DNA from: Salpingoeca rosetta
Lineage: Eukaryota > Protista > Choanoflagellata
NCBI GenBank assembly: GCA_033442325.1
Contig: JAWQFM010000022.1
Location: forward strand, 446,025 to 510,024
DNA length: 64,000 nt
Direction of reading: 5' to 3'
In this document: positions 42,198 to 54,790 of the stretch, one piece after another
Layout: the number at the start of each line of letters is the position of its first letter
Position numbering within the stretch: the first letter of the stretch is position 1
The notes under the pieces: generated by a model
Seen by the model: only the letters and a program-made list of their open reading frames with translations
Told to the model about the DNA's origin: nothing
The model's database searches: none
Made by a program: the position numbers and the translations under genes

Positions 42198-45100
42198 TCA
42201 CAATTCATCCTCGGGAAGCACGTTGAGGTAGCCTTCTGCAATCGTGTCGGAGTCAGCAGCGTCGCTGTCACCATCATCATCATCATCGTCGCCGGGAAGG
42301 CCAGGTTGCGTGACCCACGCCAGGCTGGACCCGAAGAGGTCCTCGATTGTCTCGTACACCTCGTCATCAGGCATGCCCACCGTGGGGTCAACCGACTCTG
42401 TATCGGCGTAGAGCGGGTTCTCCAGCGCACGCGAGCTGGCGCTGTTTGCGGTGGCGCTGACACTGCTGCTCGCGTTGGTCGCTGCTTTGCGGGCGTTGCT
42501 GCTGCGTCGACCGGTTTTGGGGTCTGACCCGGCAACGACCGCGGCGTCCACGTCCGAAGCAGCGGAGAAACGGCGCGTGAACCCGGGCACAAGTGAGCCA
42601 CGATGTGACACAACAACGTCACGTGGCGGGCCAGCCCTGTTGGTGTCCGCGCTGGATGGCCGGCGGCGGCGTAGCTCCTCCAGATCATAGTGCATGCTGG
42701 GCGCAATGGAGGGCGTGCTTGGATGCCGTGAGCGGCGGCCTTTCATCATGCCCACATCCAGGCTCGTGTCACTGTTGTTGCTCGACAGGCGCGACCCGCG
42801 TCGAAAGTTGAGCAGCGAGAAGCCAGAGCTGCGCCGGCGCTTCTCTTGCTTCCCGCCCGTCTCGCTGTCGTGCGCAGGCGAAGAAGGGCGCCGTGGCGGT
42901 GCAACGGAGGACGATGATGCTCGCGATGGCCGCTCCCCGCTGTCGCGACTGGCTGGGCGGGAGGCATCGAACATGCCAGCAAAGCCTGCTGGTGTGGACA
43001 TCCCTCCCAAGCTGCTCGTGCTGGTGTGTGTGGTGCCCATGGCGTTCTTGTCCGGCATATCTTTGGTTGAAGCCACCTTCCACCCCGCTTGCTGATTGCC
43101 ATCTTCCTCCGCATCGCCGACGCTTCTCGCCCTTTTTTTCTGCTTCTTCTTCTTCTTCAGCTTCTTCGTCTTGGTGGTGTTCTTTGAAGGTGGCAAGGCG
43201 TCGAGCTGCTGCGTGTCCTGTGGTTGCTGCTGCTGGCGGTGGTTCTTCTTCGCTTGCGGTTTCTTGTGTGTTGATGCTGTTCGAGGCTTGCGTTTCCGTC
43301 TTGCCCGCCGGCGCAGCGCAGCCAGCGCAATGAGGAGAATCACGATCAGAACAGAGTTGACAAGCGACACGAGCAGCCACACGTTGGCTGTGAGGTCAGC
43401 AGCGATACCCGCGCTGGCATCGCTGTTGCCGCCACCGCCCATGCTGCTGGTGGTTGTGGTTGTGGTCGTGGTAGACGAAGAGGTTGTCGGTGGCTCGGTT
43501 GTCGTGGTCGTCGTTGTGGTTGTCGGTGGGCGCGTGGTGTATGTGTTCTGCAAAAGCGCCGTCAAGTTGCGCACGCGCAGCTGTTGCTGGCCCAGCTTGC
43601 TCTGCACCTGCTGCAGATCCAGCGTGAGGTGCTCGTTCTCCCGCACCAGGTCATCCAGTGCGAGCACGGCTTGGTCAACCTTCATCCTCAGCGATTCGCT
43701 GCGCTGCACCGTGATGGGCGGAGCAAACTCAGCAGGGTCAGCAAAAGTGACAGCTGTCTCAGCCAGCTCAGCCACCATTGCCAGTACCGCAGTTGCGTTG
43801 ATGGCTGAGCTGTTGTTCCCACTCCTGCTGTGTGGACCGTCAGCACCGGGCACCCAAACACTGCGACGCGTGCGATGGCGCCAGCCTGGTATCGAGTCAC
43901 GATCTCCCATGTCAAGTGCGCGACGCCTGCGTGCTGGCGGCGGCAGAGACGATGGCATGGCCGAAGACACCATCGTCGTTGTGGCTGTGGCTGTGGCTGT
44001 GGCTGTAGGGGTATGATGCGTGCCATTTGCAGACATGTGCGTGCCATTTGCAGGCATGTGCGTGCTGTTGCCATGTGCTGTTGTTGTCGTTGGTGTTGTT
44101 GGCGGTGGCGGCACATCCACGTGGAAGCGCGAGAGCAAGTGCAAGCACGATGGCTGCAGCGGTGCACCGGAGAAGGACGCGTCAATGAGCGTGACGTTGG
44201 CTGCACGGTCGTGAGCCAAGAGGCTGGAGCCATTGCTGACGTGCGCCAGAGTTGTGCTGTCGTCAAAGCGCTGCCACTGGTCTGGGTGCTGGAGAAAGTT
44301 TGCCACCTTTGTCACGAGCGCGTCCGTGTGCGTGTGGGCGTCGGTGGGCGCACCCGCTTCGCCACTTGCACAGTAGAGCCACGCCACCGTCTCGCATGCC
44401 CCGGCTGTGCAGGGCACGTTGGGTGTGACGGCGAGTACAAACTCTGCCCCAAACACCTGGTTTTCCAAGTATGCAAGCGAGGTCTCGAGTTGCTGGTGCT
44501 CTGCTGCGGCCCGGACCTCCTCCGTCGCCAGCGCGTGTGTCAGGTTGGCCGCCTCTGCCTCGAGTGACACGCCCAGAGCTGCGTCGCTCGCGTTCAGGTG
44601 CCGCTCCAACGCCAACACGCGCCCATGAAGGTGCGCGTCCGATGCGCTCAGGGTGCTCACACTCGCGTTCCACGCTTCCGTGAGGAGTGCATCTTGGCTG
44701 GTGAGGCTGGCCCGGGCACCGGCCAAGTGCGAAGCCAGGCTCGCTTCCGCATCCACAGCACGCGTGTGCTCTGCTGCAGCTTGACTGGACGCAACCGAGA
44801 GCTGCTGGTGCGCGCGCGTGTCCTCTGCTGTCACAGCGGCCGCCAGGCTTGACTCCGCGCTCTGCGCTGACGCGTGCTGCTGCGAACCAACCGCACTCAG
44901 CTCGCCCTCATCCGCAACTGCAGAGGACACAACTGATGACAGCTGTGATGACAGCGCTGCCGTGTCCTGCTCAGCTTGCCGCACGTGCTGGCTAATGGCG
45001 GCGCTGTGAGTCGATTCCGTCTCCACTGTGGACACATCTACTGCATGCAGGCTTTGGCTCAGCTCACTGGCCGTTGACAAGGCACGCGCACGCTCCGAAG

Positions 45101-48100
45101 AGAGCGAAGACGCGAGTCCGGCACTGGCATCCACGCCGCGGCTGTGCTCAGAGGCGATGGCAGCGTCCATCGTGTTATGGTTCTGCTGTGCCGTCGACGC
45201 TTCAGCCGAAATGTCACGCTGCAGATCCTGTGCGGTGGCGGTGCGGGCATTGCCGATGCTGCTGGTCTCTTGGCTGAGCTCACTCGTGCGCCGGGAGCGG
45301 CGGGCTGTCTCGGCAGACAACGATGATTTCACGTCTGCGCGTGCGTTGGCGCTGCGTGACTGCTCGCTGGCAATTCGCGTTTGCAGAGAAGTTTCAGCTG
45401 CCGCTGCCTGCTGCTGCTGCGTGGCCACGGACGTTGACAGCACCGTGACCTTCTCGTGTGCTCTGCTCTGCTCCTTCCTGACAAGGGACGACAGGACAGC
45501 CTCCGCCGCACGGTTTGAAGCGCCAACACCGCTCACGCGTGCCTCCAGCGACTGCTCCGACGACAAGGCTGCAAGTCTGTCCGCGGCAATGGCACGGCTG
45601 ACACTTTTCTCACGCTCAATGGCAGCAGATTCTGCAGAGGACAGGGACGTGACAAGCCCAAAGTTTGCCACGACCTTGCCTTGTTGGATGTCGGAGATGG
45701 TTTGCTGCATCTGGTGCGCCTGTGCTGCGTCCCTCTGCGCCTCTGCAGATATGGCAGAGGCCAGGCTGCCCTCCGCTGCCATGGCGGTGGCGGTGTTCTG
45801 TGACAGGTGCGACAGAAGCGACGAGGAGGTGCTGGTGACCCGCTGCTCCTGCTGTGACATGCTGGCTGCAAGGCTGGCGTGATGGGCGAGCGTGCTCGTC
45901 TCCAGTCCAGACAGGGAGGTGCTTAGGTCGCTGCGTGCGTCCGCAGCTCGTGTTGCTTCACTGGTAATCGCCTGTGACAGCCCGCTGTGCACATCGATGG
46001 CGCGGGAATGCTCAGCACCGACTGCCTGCAACAGGCTGGCTGCAGCCACCTGCTGTCTTGCTGCTTCCGTGCTGATTGTTTCCGCGAGCTCGTCCTCCTC
46101 ACGCGTTGTGTTGGAGACAAGCACCGCCTGCTTCTGGGACAGCTGGGCAATGACAGAGGCAATCGACGCATGCGCGCGGCGGCCGGTCGACACAGCAGCA
46201 CTCAGCTCACTGCCAATGCTCGCTGCAGCTTGTGCTGCACGATCTTCCTCTGAGAGCATGCTTGCAAGCAAGTTCGCGCGCGTGGCGTGTGCCCTTGCCG
46301 CTTCGCTGCTCAGCTGCACCCCAATGGCTGCTTGACTGGCGTTGGCTGCGCTTGCGTGGGAGCGAATGGCATCTGCGAGCGACGACGACGATGAACGAAG
46401 GCCTGCCTCAGCTGCCACTGCGCGTGACGTCTCCGACTGCATGGAGGCTTCCAGCACGCTGACGGCGGACGCTTCTCGTGCCGTCTCCTGCGACAGGAGC
46501 GATGCGAGGGCGGCGCGCCTCTGCGTCGCTGTTGAGGAGATTGTGTCGATAACCTGTTCCAGCGAAGCCTCACGCGACTGCGCAACAGTCACCCGGTTGC
46601 GTGCACGGCGCTGCTGCGTGCTCGCCTGCGAACTGAGTTTGGACTCTGCGTCGAGAGCCAATGAGGTCTCCACGTCCAGTTCCATCGACAGCACCAGGCG
46701 CTGCTGGCGTATGCGGTTGCTGCCCGTCTGCACGGCGGCATCGAGCGCCGATTCAGCGGCAGCTAGTTCCGCTTGTGCGTCTGTCAGCAGTGTTTCCAGC
46801 GACTGGATGACAAACAGCTCCACATCGTCGCCTTTGGGGCCCACGGGACCAACATCGCCCTGTGCTCCTTTGTTGCCGGTTTCGCCCTTGATGCCCTGTG
46901 CCCCTTGCACGCCTTGCGGCCCAGGATCGCCCACAGGACCTGGCACAGTGCAGCGTGTACGTATACGTATGTGTGTGTGTATTTGTGAGTGTGAGTGTGA
47001 GTGTGTGTGTGTGAGTGTGAGTGTTTGTGTGTGTGTGTGTGTGTGAGTGTGAGAGAGAGAGTGTGTGTGGAAAAGTGAGATGGAAGCAATTGTCCTGACC
47101 ACGATGATGAAGGTTGTTTTGGTGTGGATGCGACCATGTGTGTGTAAGTGCGATACATGTGTGGTATCTCTCATTCACGCACACACACAAACACACACAC
47201 ACGCACACATACACACACGCACACACACACACACACACACACTCTCTCTCTCTGCGCATGGTACCTCGAATTCCCTGTGGTCCTGGGTCGCCCTGTGGCC
47301 CCTGTTCGCCCTGTGGGCCTTGAGGCCCCTGCGGCCCCTGCGGCCCTTGAGGACCAGGATCGCCTGTCAAACAAGCCGCGTTGTGATCGTTGTTGTGAAT
47401 ATGGAGCCATGAAGGACAGCAGCAGTGATGGCATGTGTATCACACATACTCATGTGCAAATGAAGGAAAATGCGCGCCGATGTGTCAATCACACATACAT
47501 ACACCTGACACACACACATACATACACCTGAGACACACATATACATACACCTGACATACACACACACACACACACACAAGCACACACATACACACACCTG
47601 ACACACACACACACCTGACATACACACACCTTGTTCACCCTGCGGCCCCTGTGGTCCGGCATCGCCTTGGTCACCCTGGGCGCCCTGTGGCCCCTGTTCT
47701 CCCTGTGGCCCTTGATCCCCCTGCTCACCCTTGATCCCCTGAGGCCCCTGGGGTCCGGGTGCACCAGCGGGGCCCTGGTCACCCTGTACGCCTTGATCGC
47801 CCTTGGGGCCCTGCGGCCCTGGGTCGCCTGCAACCCCCTGTTGCCCCTGTGGTCCCTGTTCTCCCTGTGGCCCCTGCGGCCCTGGTGCGCCCACCTCCCC
47901 CTTTGCACCAGGTGCGCCTTGCTCGCCCACGTCGCCTTTGTCGCCCTGCGGTCCCGGTGCACCGTCATCGCCGTTCACTCCAGGCAGCCCTTGTGGCCCC
48001 TGTGGCCCCTGTGCACCCGCATCCCCCGTTGGGCCCTTTGCTCCTCTATTTCCTTGTGGGCCTTGAGGCGCTGTTGACATTTTTGGTTGCATCAGGGGCA

Positions 48101-49105
48101 TGGTTGAAGGGAGGCAAGGGGACAGGCAGGACATGTTGCAAGTTGTGAGGTGGTGATGGAGGTGGGGTTGTTTGTTGTCACAGCAGTGCGTGGGGCCCTT
48201 ACACGCGTGTGTGAGAGCGCACAGGTGGCAAGCATACGAACAATTGCATCCAAGCAATGAATCGAAGGCCACAAACCTGCAACGCATTGCCCGCCGTCCC
48301 AATAGTAGTTTGTCGAGCAGCCTGATAATGGAATGACAGTTGTGAATGTGTGCGTGTGCGTGTGTGTGTGCGCGTGCGTGTGTGTGTGTGTGTGTGTGTG
48401 CGTGTGCGTAAGTCCGTGTGCTTGTATTTACAGGACGAGGCAGAAAAGATAAAAAACGAAGCAGGCAAACGTGAAAATGTGCAGGCTCGTGCTGAAAGAC
48501 ATGGCGACGTGCAGACAGGCGCATGCATGTACATGTAAAATTAACGATCACTTACGGCACACGCGCCCGAATGAGTACTCGGAGTTGCCTTGGCACTCGA
48601 CGTCGCACACAAAGAACGCAAACCTGGTTGTGCGTGTGCGTTCGTGCATGCGTGTGTGCGCGTGTGCGTGCGTGTGTGTGTGTGTGTGTGAGTGTGCGTC
48701 ATGGGAGTTGACTCAAGTGTTAGTCTTGGCCGGAAGTTGGCATGCAAAGCCACAGATGAAGCAGGCATGCAAAGCCACACACAGTCACACAGAGTCACAC
48801 ACACACACACACGCACACACGCACACGCACGCACGCACGCACACACACACACACAGAGCCACACAGTCAGCCCAGATGATGGCCAGACCTGCGGTCAGTG
48901 GAGCTGCTGTCGTATGCGGAGGAGATGCCGCGAATGGCCTTGCGGATGCCGGGGTCATAGTTGAGCGTGCCTTTCAGACTATTGATGTATGACGTCCAGC
49001 TGCAAGGTATTTTGGAGAGAGGAAAGCGAATGTGAGAGGAGGCAGTGGAGTAGGGCGCAGTGAAATGCTCATGTGAAATAAGCACGTTTGATGAACAAGA
49101 ACGTG

Positions 49106-49142
<37 letters not shown>

Positions 49143-50148
49143 GTGCACAAAAGTACAAACACATACACACAAAAGTACAAACACAGAAAACATGTCCGCA
49201 CCTGCAGCTACTTTGGTACGTGATGCCAGAGTTGAGCTTTCCGCAGGAAATGGACCAGACTCGATCCTGTCAGCGACAAGTAGGAAGAATGGGAACGTGA
49301 GGGAGGCAGTGCGGGTGGTCTTGGTTGTGCAACGCATTCCTTGAGATCAGTATGTTATATGACAAGACCTTCCAGTCAAAAGGCACCTCGTTTGTGTTGC
49401 TGTGGACGCTTGCAAGTCCCGTCACAAAGGAGTCAACTGGCATAAAAGCAACGCAAGCAAGCAGAAGCAAACACATGATGAGGTTCGGTGAGGCATGATC
49501 CGGAGGACACACACGTGAGGGGGGGGGGGGAGTTGGAGAGAGGGACTGTCATGCAAATGTAGTGCAAACAAATGACGCAGCTGCGACTGTACGTGTGCAT
49601 GACTATGGCATAATAACTGAGCCACGCCCACAACATCGCACCCTTCTTCCCAGACCCACACAGAACGCCACCCCCTTTTCACACTAACCTGGGCATGTGT
49701 ATGAGAAGGCTTGCTTGTAGTTGTTGAGAGAAGCCTCTGCTGTGTGCTTGAAGGACAAGCTTGCAGCTTCGCAGTGGAAGGCCCATTGTCGGTCGTGATT
49801 ACTGTTGCTGTACACGGAGTAGACGCCTGTCAAAATGGTGTCCCCACCACACTCGAACGCCAGGTCGTTGTCAAAGTCGTTGAGATACCCCGTGAAGTCG
49901 GAGGGTTGTGCCGTTATTCGATGGATGCCGCAAGCAAGTACCAGAGCCATTAGCAGCCACACGATGCTGCGTCTGCTGCAGCATGTTCTGCAGCCTCGTG
50001 TTGTTGCTTGTAATCGTGTGTGCTGCTGATGTTGTTGTTGTTGTTGCTGTTGATGATGTGAGCGTGTTTTGTCTTCGTCCCGCACCACCGTCACCACAAC
50101 GCACGGCGCCTCTGGGTGCCGGTGCGCGTGTTTGTGTTGCACTGCCAT
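42198..50148 (-). CDS. Dermatopontin-domain / collagen / Ser-Ala coiled-coil type I membrane protein, paralogue A
   Basis: Signal-like [23 protein letters not shown] repeats [13 protein letters not shown]...HDRQWAFHC, ...[16 protein letters not shown]...DRRFAFFVC. Collagen exons 48070-47630, 47363-47265, 46939-. 804-aa Ala/Ser stalk; RRRR/RTRR; Thr run; [25 protein letters not shown]; tail NPLY. Start codon uncertain. Confidence 0.85.
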
Positions 50149-50587
50149 CACTGGCGCAACATGGGCAGAGCCGTGTACTTGAAGGAAGCAAGACCGGGCG
50201 GATGTAGGGAAGAAGGACAACGCGTGTGTGATTGTTCTGGGGCCGTGGAGTGCAGGCATCGAACCAAACACCACCACCACACACAAACCAAACACGCAAA
50301 CAAACAAACAAGAACACAGAAGACAGTCGGAGAAGAAGCGACGCGAAATGGCATGTTTGCGGAATATTCACAAATATCTTCAACCAAAAATCCGCAATTC
50401 AGGCGTTCGAGGCTGCAGCGAGTGTTTGGTGGCGAGCGAGTGTTTGAAATGGTGTGAGACGCTGCGAGCGCAGAGACAACAACCAACAGTGGTGGTGGTT
50501 GGTGGTGTTGTTGTCGATGGTGTTGGTGATGATGAAGCATAAGCCATGCCATGGCAAGAAACGAGCGAGAGGATCAATACATAAGCG

Positions 50588-51992
50588 CTACGCACTGAGG
50601 CTGCTGGTGTCATCCGTGACTTCAAGAGACAGCTTGGTGTTGCTTGGACTGGACACCTCGTCTGCATGGCCTTCGTCCTCTTGTTGCTCTGTTGATGACA
50701 ACACCAGCAGGTGAGGGAGGGGGGAGAGGAAGGGAGTACATGTACGAACCCATGCTCGCACGCAGGCACACAGATAGACAGACACACATACACACACGCA
50801 CGCACACCCGAACACACACACGAACACACATACACACGCACACACACAACACACACGCACACACACACACGCGCGCAGAGCTTGCATCGCTGTCCCTACC
50901 TGCGCCCTCGTCGCCGGCTTCTTCTGTAGTCTCTGCTGGCGTTGCCTCTGGCTCTTGTTTACCCTCCTCCTCCTCCTCCTCCTCCTCCTCCTTGTTCACT
51001 TCATCTCCTGCAGCCTGTGTATCAGCTTCCTTGCCAGCATCAGCCTCCTCCCGTGGTGTGGGCGTCTTTGCCGTGGCTTCTTCCTCCCCACCTTGCTCGC
51101 CAACTTCCCCCTCTTTGTCCTCCTTGTCCTTCTTTACCTCCTTGTCCTCCGCCTTTTCATCCTTTGCTTCCGTCTGCCCTTCCTGCTCGCCTTTGTCTGG
51201 TGTCGGTGTCACATCACCATCACGCTCGCCATGACGCTCAGCATCGCCATCTTCGTCATCGGCCACCTCTGCGTCGCCGCTTTCGCCCTGTTGTGTGTCC
51301 GGCACCTCCGGTGTGGTGGTGGTCACCGTCGACACTGCGCTGTCAGCGACTGCATCATCAGGCGAGGGCGCTTCCTCTGACTGCTGCTGCTGCTCGGCAG
51401 CACGTTCTTCTTCGTCCTTGACTGCATTGGTTTCTTCTTCTTCTCCTTGGTGTTCTGCTGCCGCCGCTGGTCCTTCGGTTGTGTCGTCACCCGTGTCTGC
51501 TGCTGTCGCTGCGTCGTCTTCTGTCGTCTGTTGCTGTTGCTGCTCCTCCTCCGCAGCCTTCACGTCTTCCTGGTCGTGGCCCTCGGGCAGAGGGCACAGC
51601 GGGCACTGTGCAAACAGGGAGACAGTGCTTGGGAACTGCTGTGTGACACTGGAGTACGTGAACACGGCCGTGGCCAACGGCAGGCCCTCGTAGGCCTTGA
51701 GCGCCTCGCGTCTGGCTGCATCGTCGGCCTCGCGCTGCTGTTGGATACGCTGCCGCTCTGCTTCGGCCTCCTGCGCCCTGCGCCTTTGCGCTTCTGCTTC
51801 CTCCGCCTGCTTCTTGGCGATGTAGCTGTTGATCTCGTCCTGCTTGGCCTGCTCCCTGTCACGCGCGTCGCATGCCTGGCGCAGCAGCGAGCTGATGTGG
51901 CGGATTGGGTCCTCGGGCTGGTACTTGGCGACGTCGGCCATGGCACGCACCAGCATGTCGCCGACCGTCTCTCGGATAAACGCGGCTTCCAT
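50588..51992 (-). CDS. Dpy-30 motif (dimerisation/docking) protein with coiled coil and long acidic tail; DYDC/radial-spoke-like
   Basis: MEAAFIRETVGDMLVRAMADVAKYQPEDPIRHISSLL matches the Dpy-30 consensus (YL..tV...L..GL..l...rP.DPi.yLa..L). E-rich C-terminus; last exon ends at 50588. Confidence 0.75.
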
Positions 51993-52333
51993 CCCTGCAG
52001 TTGCCAAATCAAATCTGGCCAAGAGGTGGGCACGAGGCAAGACAAATAGACAGCACGTGGGATGCAGCCGAGAAAGATGACGCAACGAGCAAGCATGCAT
52101 GCATGGAAACGGGCGGTGACATGAGCCAAAGTGAACAACAAAACAAGAGTATGCCAAAGCATGTATGCAAACAAAACAAACAAGAAGGGCAAACTTGCCA
52201 AGCAAGAGTCAACTCAAACAAAGCGCACTTGTTTGTCGTCAATGTCACGCACACATACACGTGCACACGAGTCGGCTGGTGTGCGGGAGACAAAACAGGG
52301 ACGAACACCACCACCACCACCACCACCACCACC

Positions 52334-52364
<31 letters not shown>

Positions 52365-52526
52365 CCAACACCAACACCAAGCGCACCTTGTTGTTGTTCC
52401 GTCTTTGAAGAAGAAGGGGAGGGCGCGTTTGGCGTTGTGAAGATGGAAAATTGAGGCAAAACGTTCGTCAATTGTCGGCTGTGCCAGCAGCCAGACGGGA
52501 GGACAAGCAAGCAAGAAGCAAGCGAG

Positions 52527-53224
52527 ATGCTGCTGGTGGGTGTGTGCTCTTGTGTGTGTGTGCGTGTGTGTATGCTTTTGTATGTGTATGCTCTTGTGTG
52601 TGTGTGTGTATGCTCTTGTGTGTGTGTGCTTGTGCGGGTGTGTGTATGAGACTCAAGTGTGCATTGTGCCTCATTACCCACTGATGATGTATGTCCTGCA
52701 CCTTGCCCTGTTTCGTCGTGCCAATTGTGCAGGCAAGACTTGTACTGGTGCTGGTCGCCAGTCACTGCTTGTGCCCTGCTGTGGCGCAACCATCGCCCCC
52801 GAGTGGCTGGACAGACTACATCAACGAATACGACGAGGAACTGGACTTTACTTGCGCTCCAGGCAACGTCCTCTCTGGTCTCCTCAGCTACCACGAGTAA
52901 GCGCAGACAGAGGAGGCGTGTGTCTGTGTCTGTGTCTGTGTTGTGTTGTGTTTGTGTTGTGTTGTGTTGTGTTATTGCTGTGGTTGATGTTACCCACTTT
53001 TTGACTGCCAAACGAACACAACACACACACATGCACACACGCACATACACACACACACACGCACCCACGCGCGCACTTTCACACCCATCCACAGCAACAA
53101 TAAAGAGGATCGGCGGTGGGCATTCACGTGCAAAGAGGCGGAGCTGTTTGAGCATTGGGAGAGCGGATGGATCAACAACTTTGACGCGCCTGCAAGCATC
53201 ACCTGCCCAAGTGCGTGCTCGCGC

Positions 53225-53256
<32 letters not shown>

Positions 53257-53838
53257 GAGCGCGCGCGCCTGTGAAATCCGCGCTGAATTGTCATGAACTT
53301 CGCCTGTCTTTGCCTGCGAATGTTTCAGCCAAACTTGTCTCTCATTGTTGCTCACTCGTTGCTTACTTCTTGTGCCACAGGCGGCTTTGCACTCACCGGC
53401 CTACGAAGCTACCACGACTCAAACAATGAGGTGAGCCTATGGAAGTCCAAGCCGTTCACCTTACACGCGTGTACCCATAGGATCCACGCACACATACACA
53501 CACAGTGCATACATATACATACAGTGTACACATACAGATGCATGCACAGACAGAGTGTGCGTACGCCTTGTTTTGCTTGCAAGCAGCCGCTCACTGTCTC
53601 ACCCTGATGCGTGTGCTTGTTTGCGCTTACAGGACCGGAGATCGCAGGCCCGTTGCCAGCGGTTCACCAGCCCGCTCGCATATGAGACATCGTGCGCGTG
53701 GACGAACTACATCAACACCTTTGATGACCCCCTCTCTTGGTCCGTTTCTTCCACCCGCGTCATTCGTGGGTTTGGCTCCTACCACAGCAACAACAAGTAT
53801 GTCACATGCGCTTGCGCTGTGTGTGTGTATGTGTGTGT

Positions 53839-53929
<91 letters not shown>

Positions 53930-54712
53930 CTGCATATTCATGTGCAAGTTTGCACCGTACCGCCTCACTCCACCCCGCCACTGCCGTCACACCACCACCC
54001 CGCCACTGCCGTCACACCACCACCCCGCCACTGCCGTCACACCACCACCCCGCCACTGCCGTCACACCACCACCCCGCCACTGCCGTCACACCACCACCC
54101 CGCCACTGCCGTCACACCACCACCCCGCCACTGCCGTCACACCACCACCCCGCCACTGCCGTCACACCACCACCCCGCCACTGCCGTCACAATGCAGCGA
54201 GGATCGACGGTTCAAATTCCTGCACTGCGGCGTTTCCTGCTTCCAACCGGCCGTGCAGTCCGATGCACAATGCGGTGAGTACCCATCCATCCCCCTCATA
54301 TCCTCTTCTTCGGCACCTTGCCATCCAAACACTCATGTTGTCGTTGTTGTTGTTGTTGTTGTTGTCGTCGTTGTTGTTGTTGTTGTCGTTGTTGTCGTTG
54401 TTATCGTGCAACACGAGTGTTTGGTGTGGTGATACGCTGACTCAAGTCCCCTCGCTGCGTGCATTGCTGCTGTGCTTTTGTGTCGCGCTCATGCCTTCTT
54501 CCCGTCTCCTGCCGTCTTGATCACTCACTGCCTGTAATCAGAATGCACCTCCGACTACTTCAAGAACCACGGAACGTGCCAGCAAAGTGAGTGAATGTGT
54601 GAGTGAGAGTGTGAGTATGTGAGGTTGGACATGTTATGTGCTTGTGTGTGATATGATAACTTGTACGTCGCACTTGTGTCACTATGCATCCTGTCACTGC
54701 GTTCCCCCCACC

Positions 54713-54790
<78 letters not shown>

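Noticed and set aside
51995-52210. RFX X-box-like half sites (GTTGCCA at ~52000; CTTGCCAAGCAAG at ~52194) upstream of the Dpy-30 gene
   Set aside because: Too short or degenerate, and the TSS is unknown; cannot be supported without enrichment data
53971-54190. 25-bp repeat as a CRISPR array
   Set aside because: Copies are contiguous with no spacers; eukaryotic intron; no cas genes
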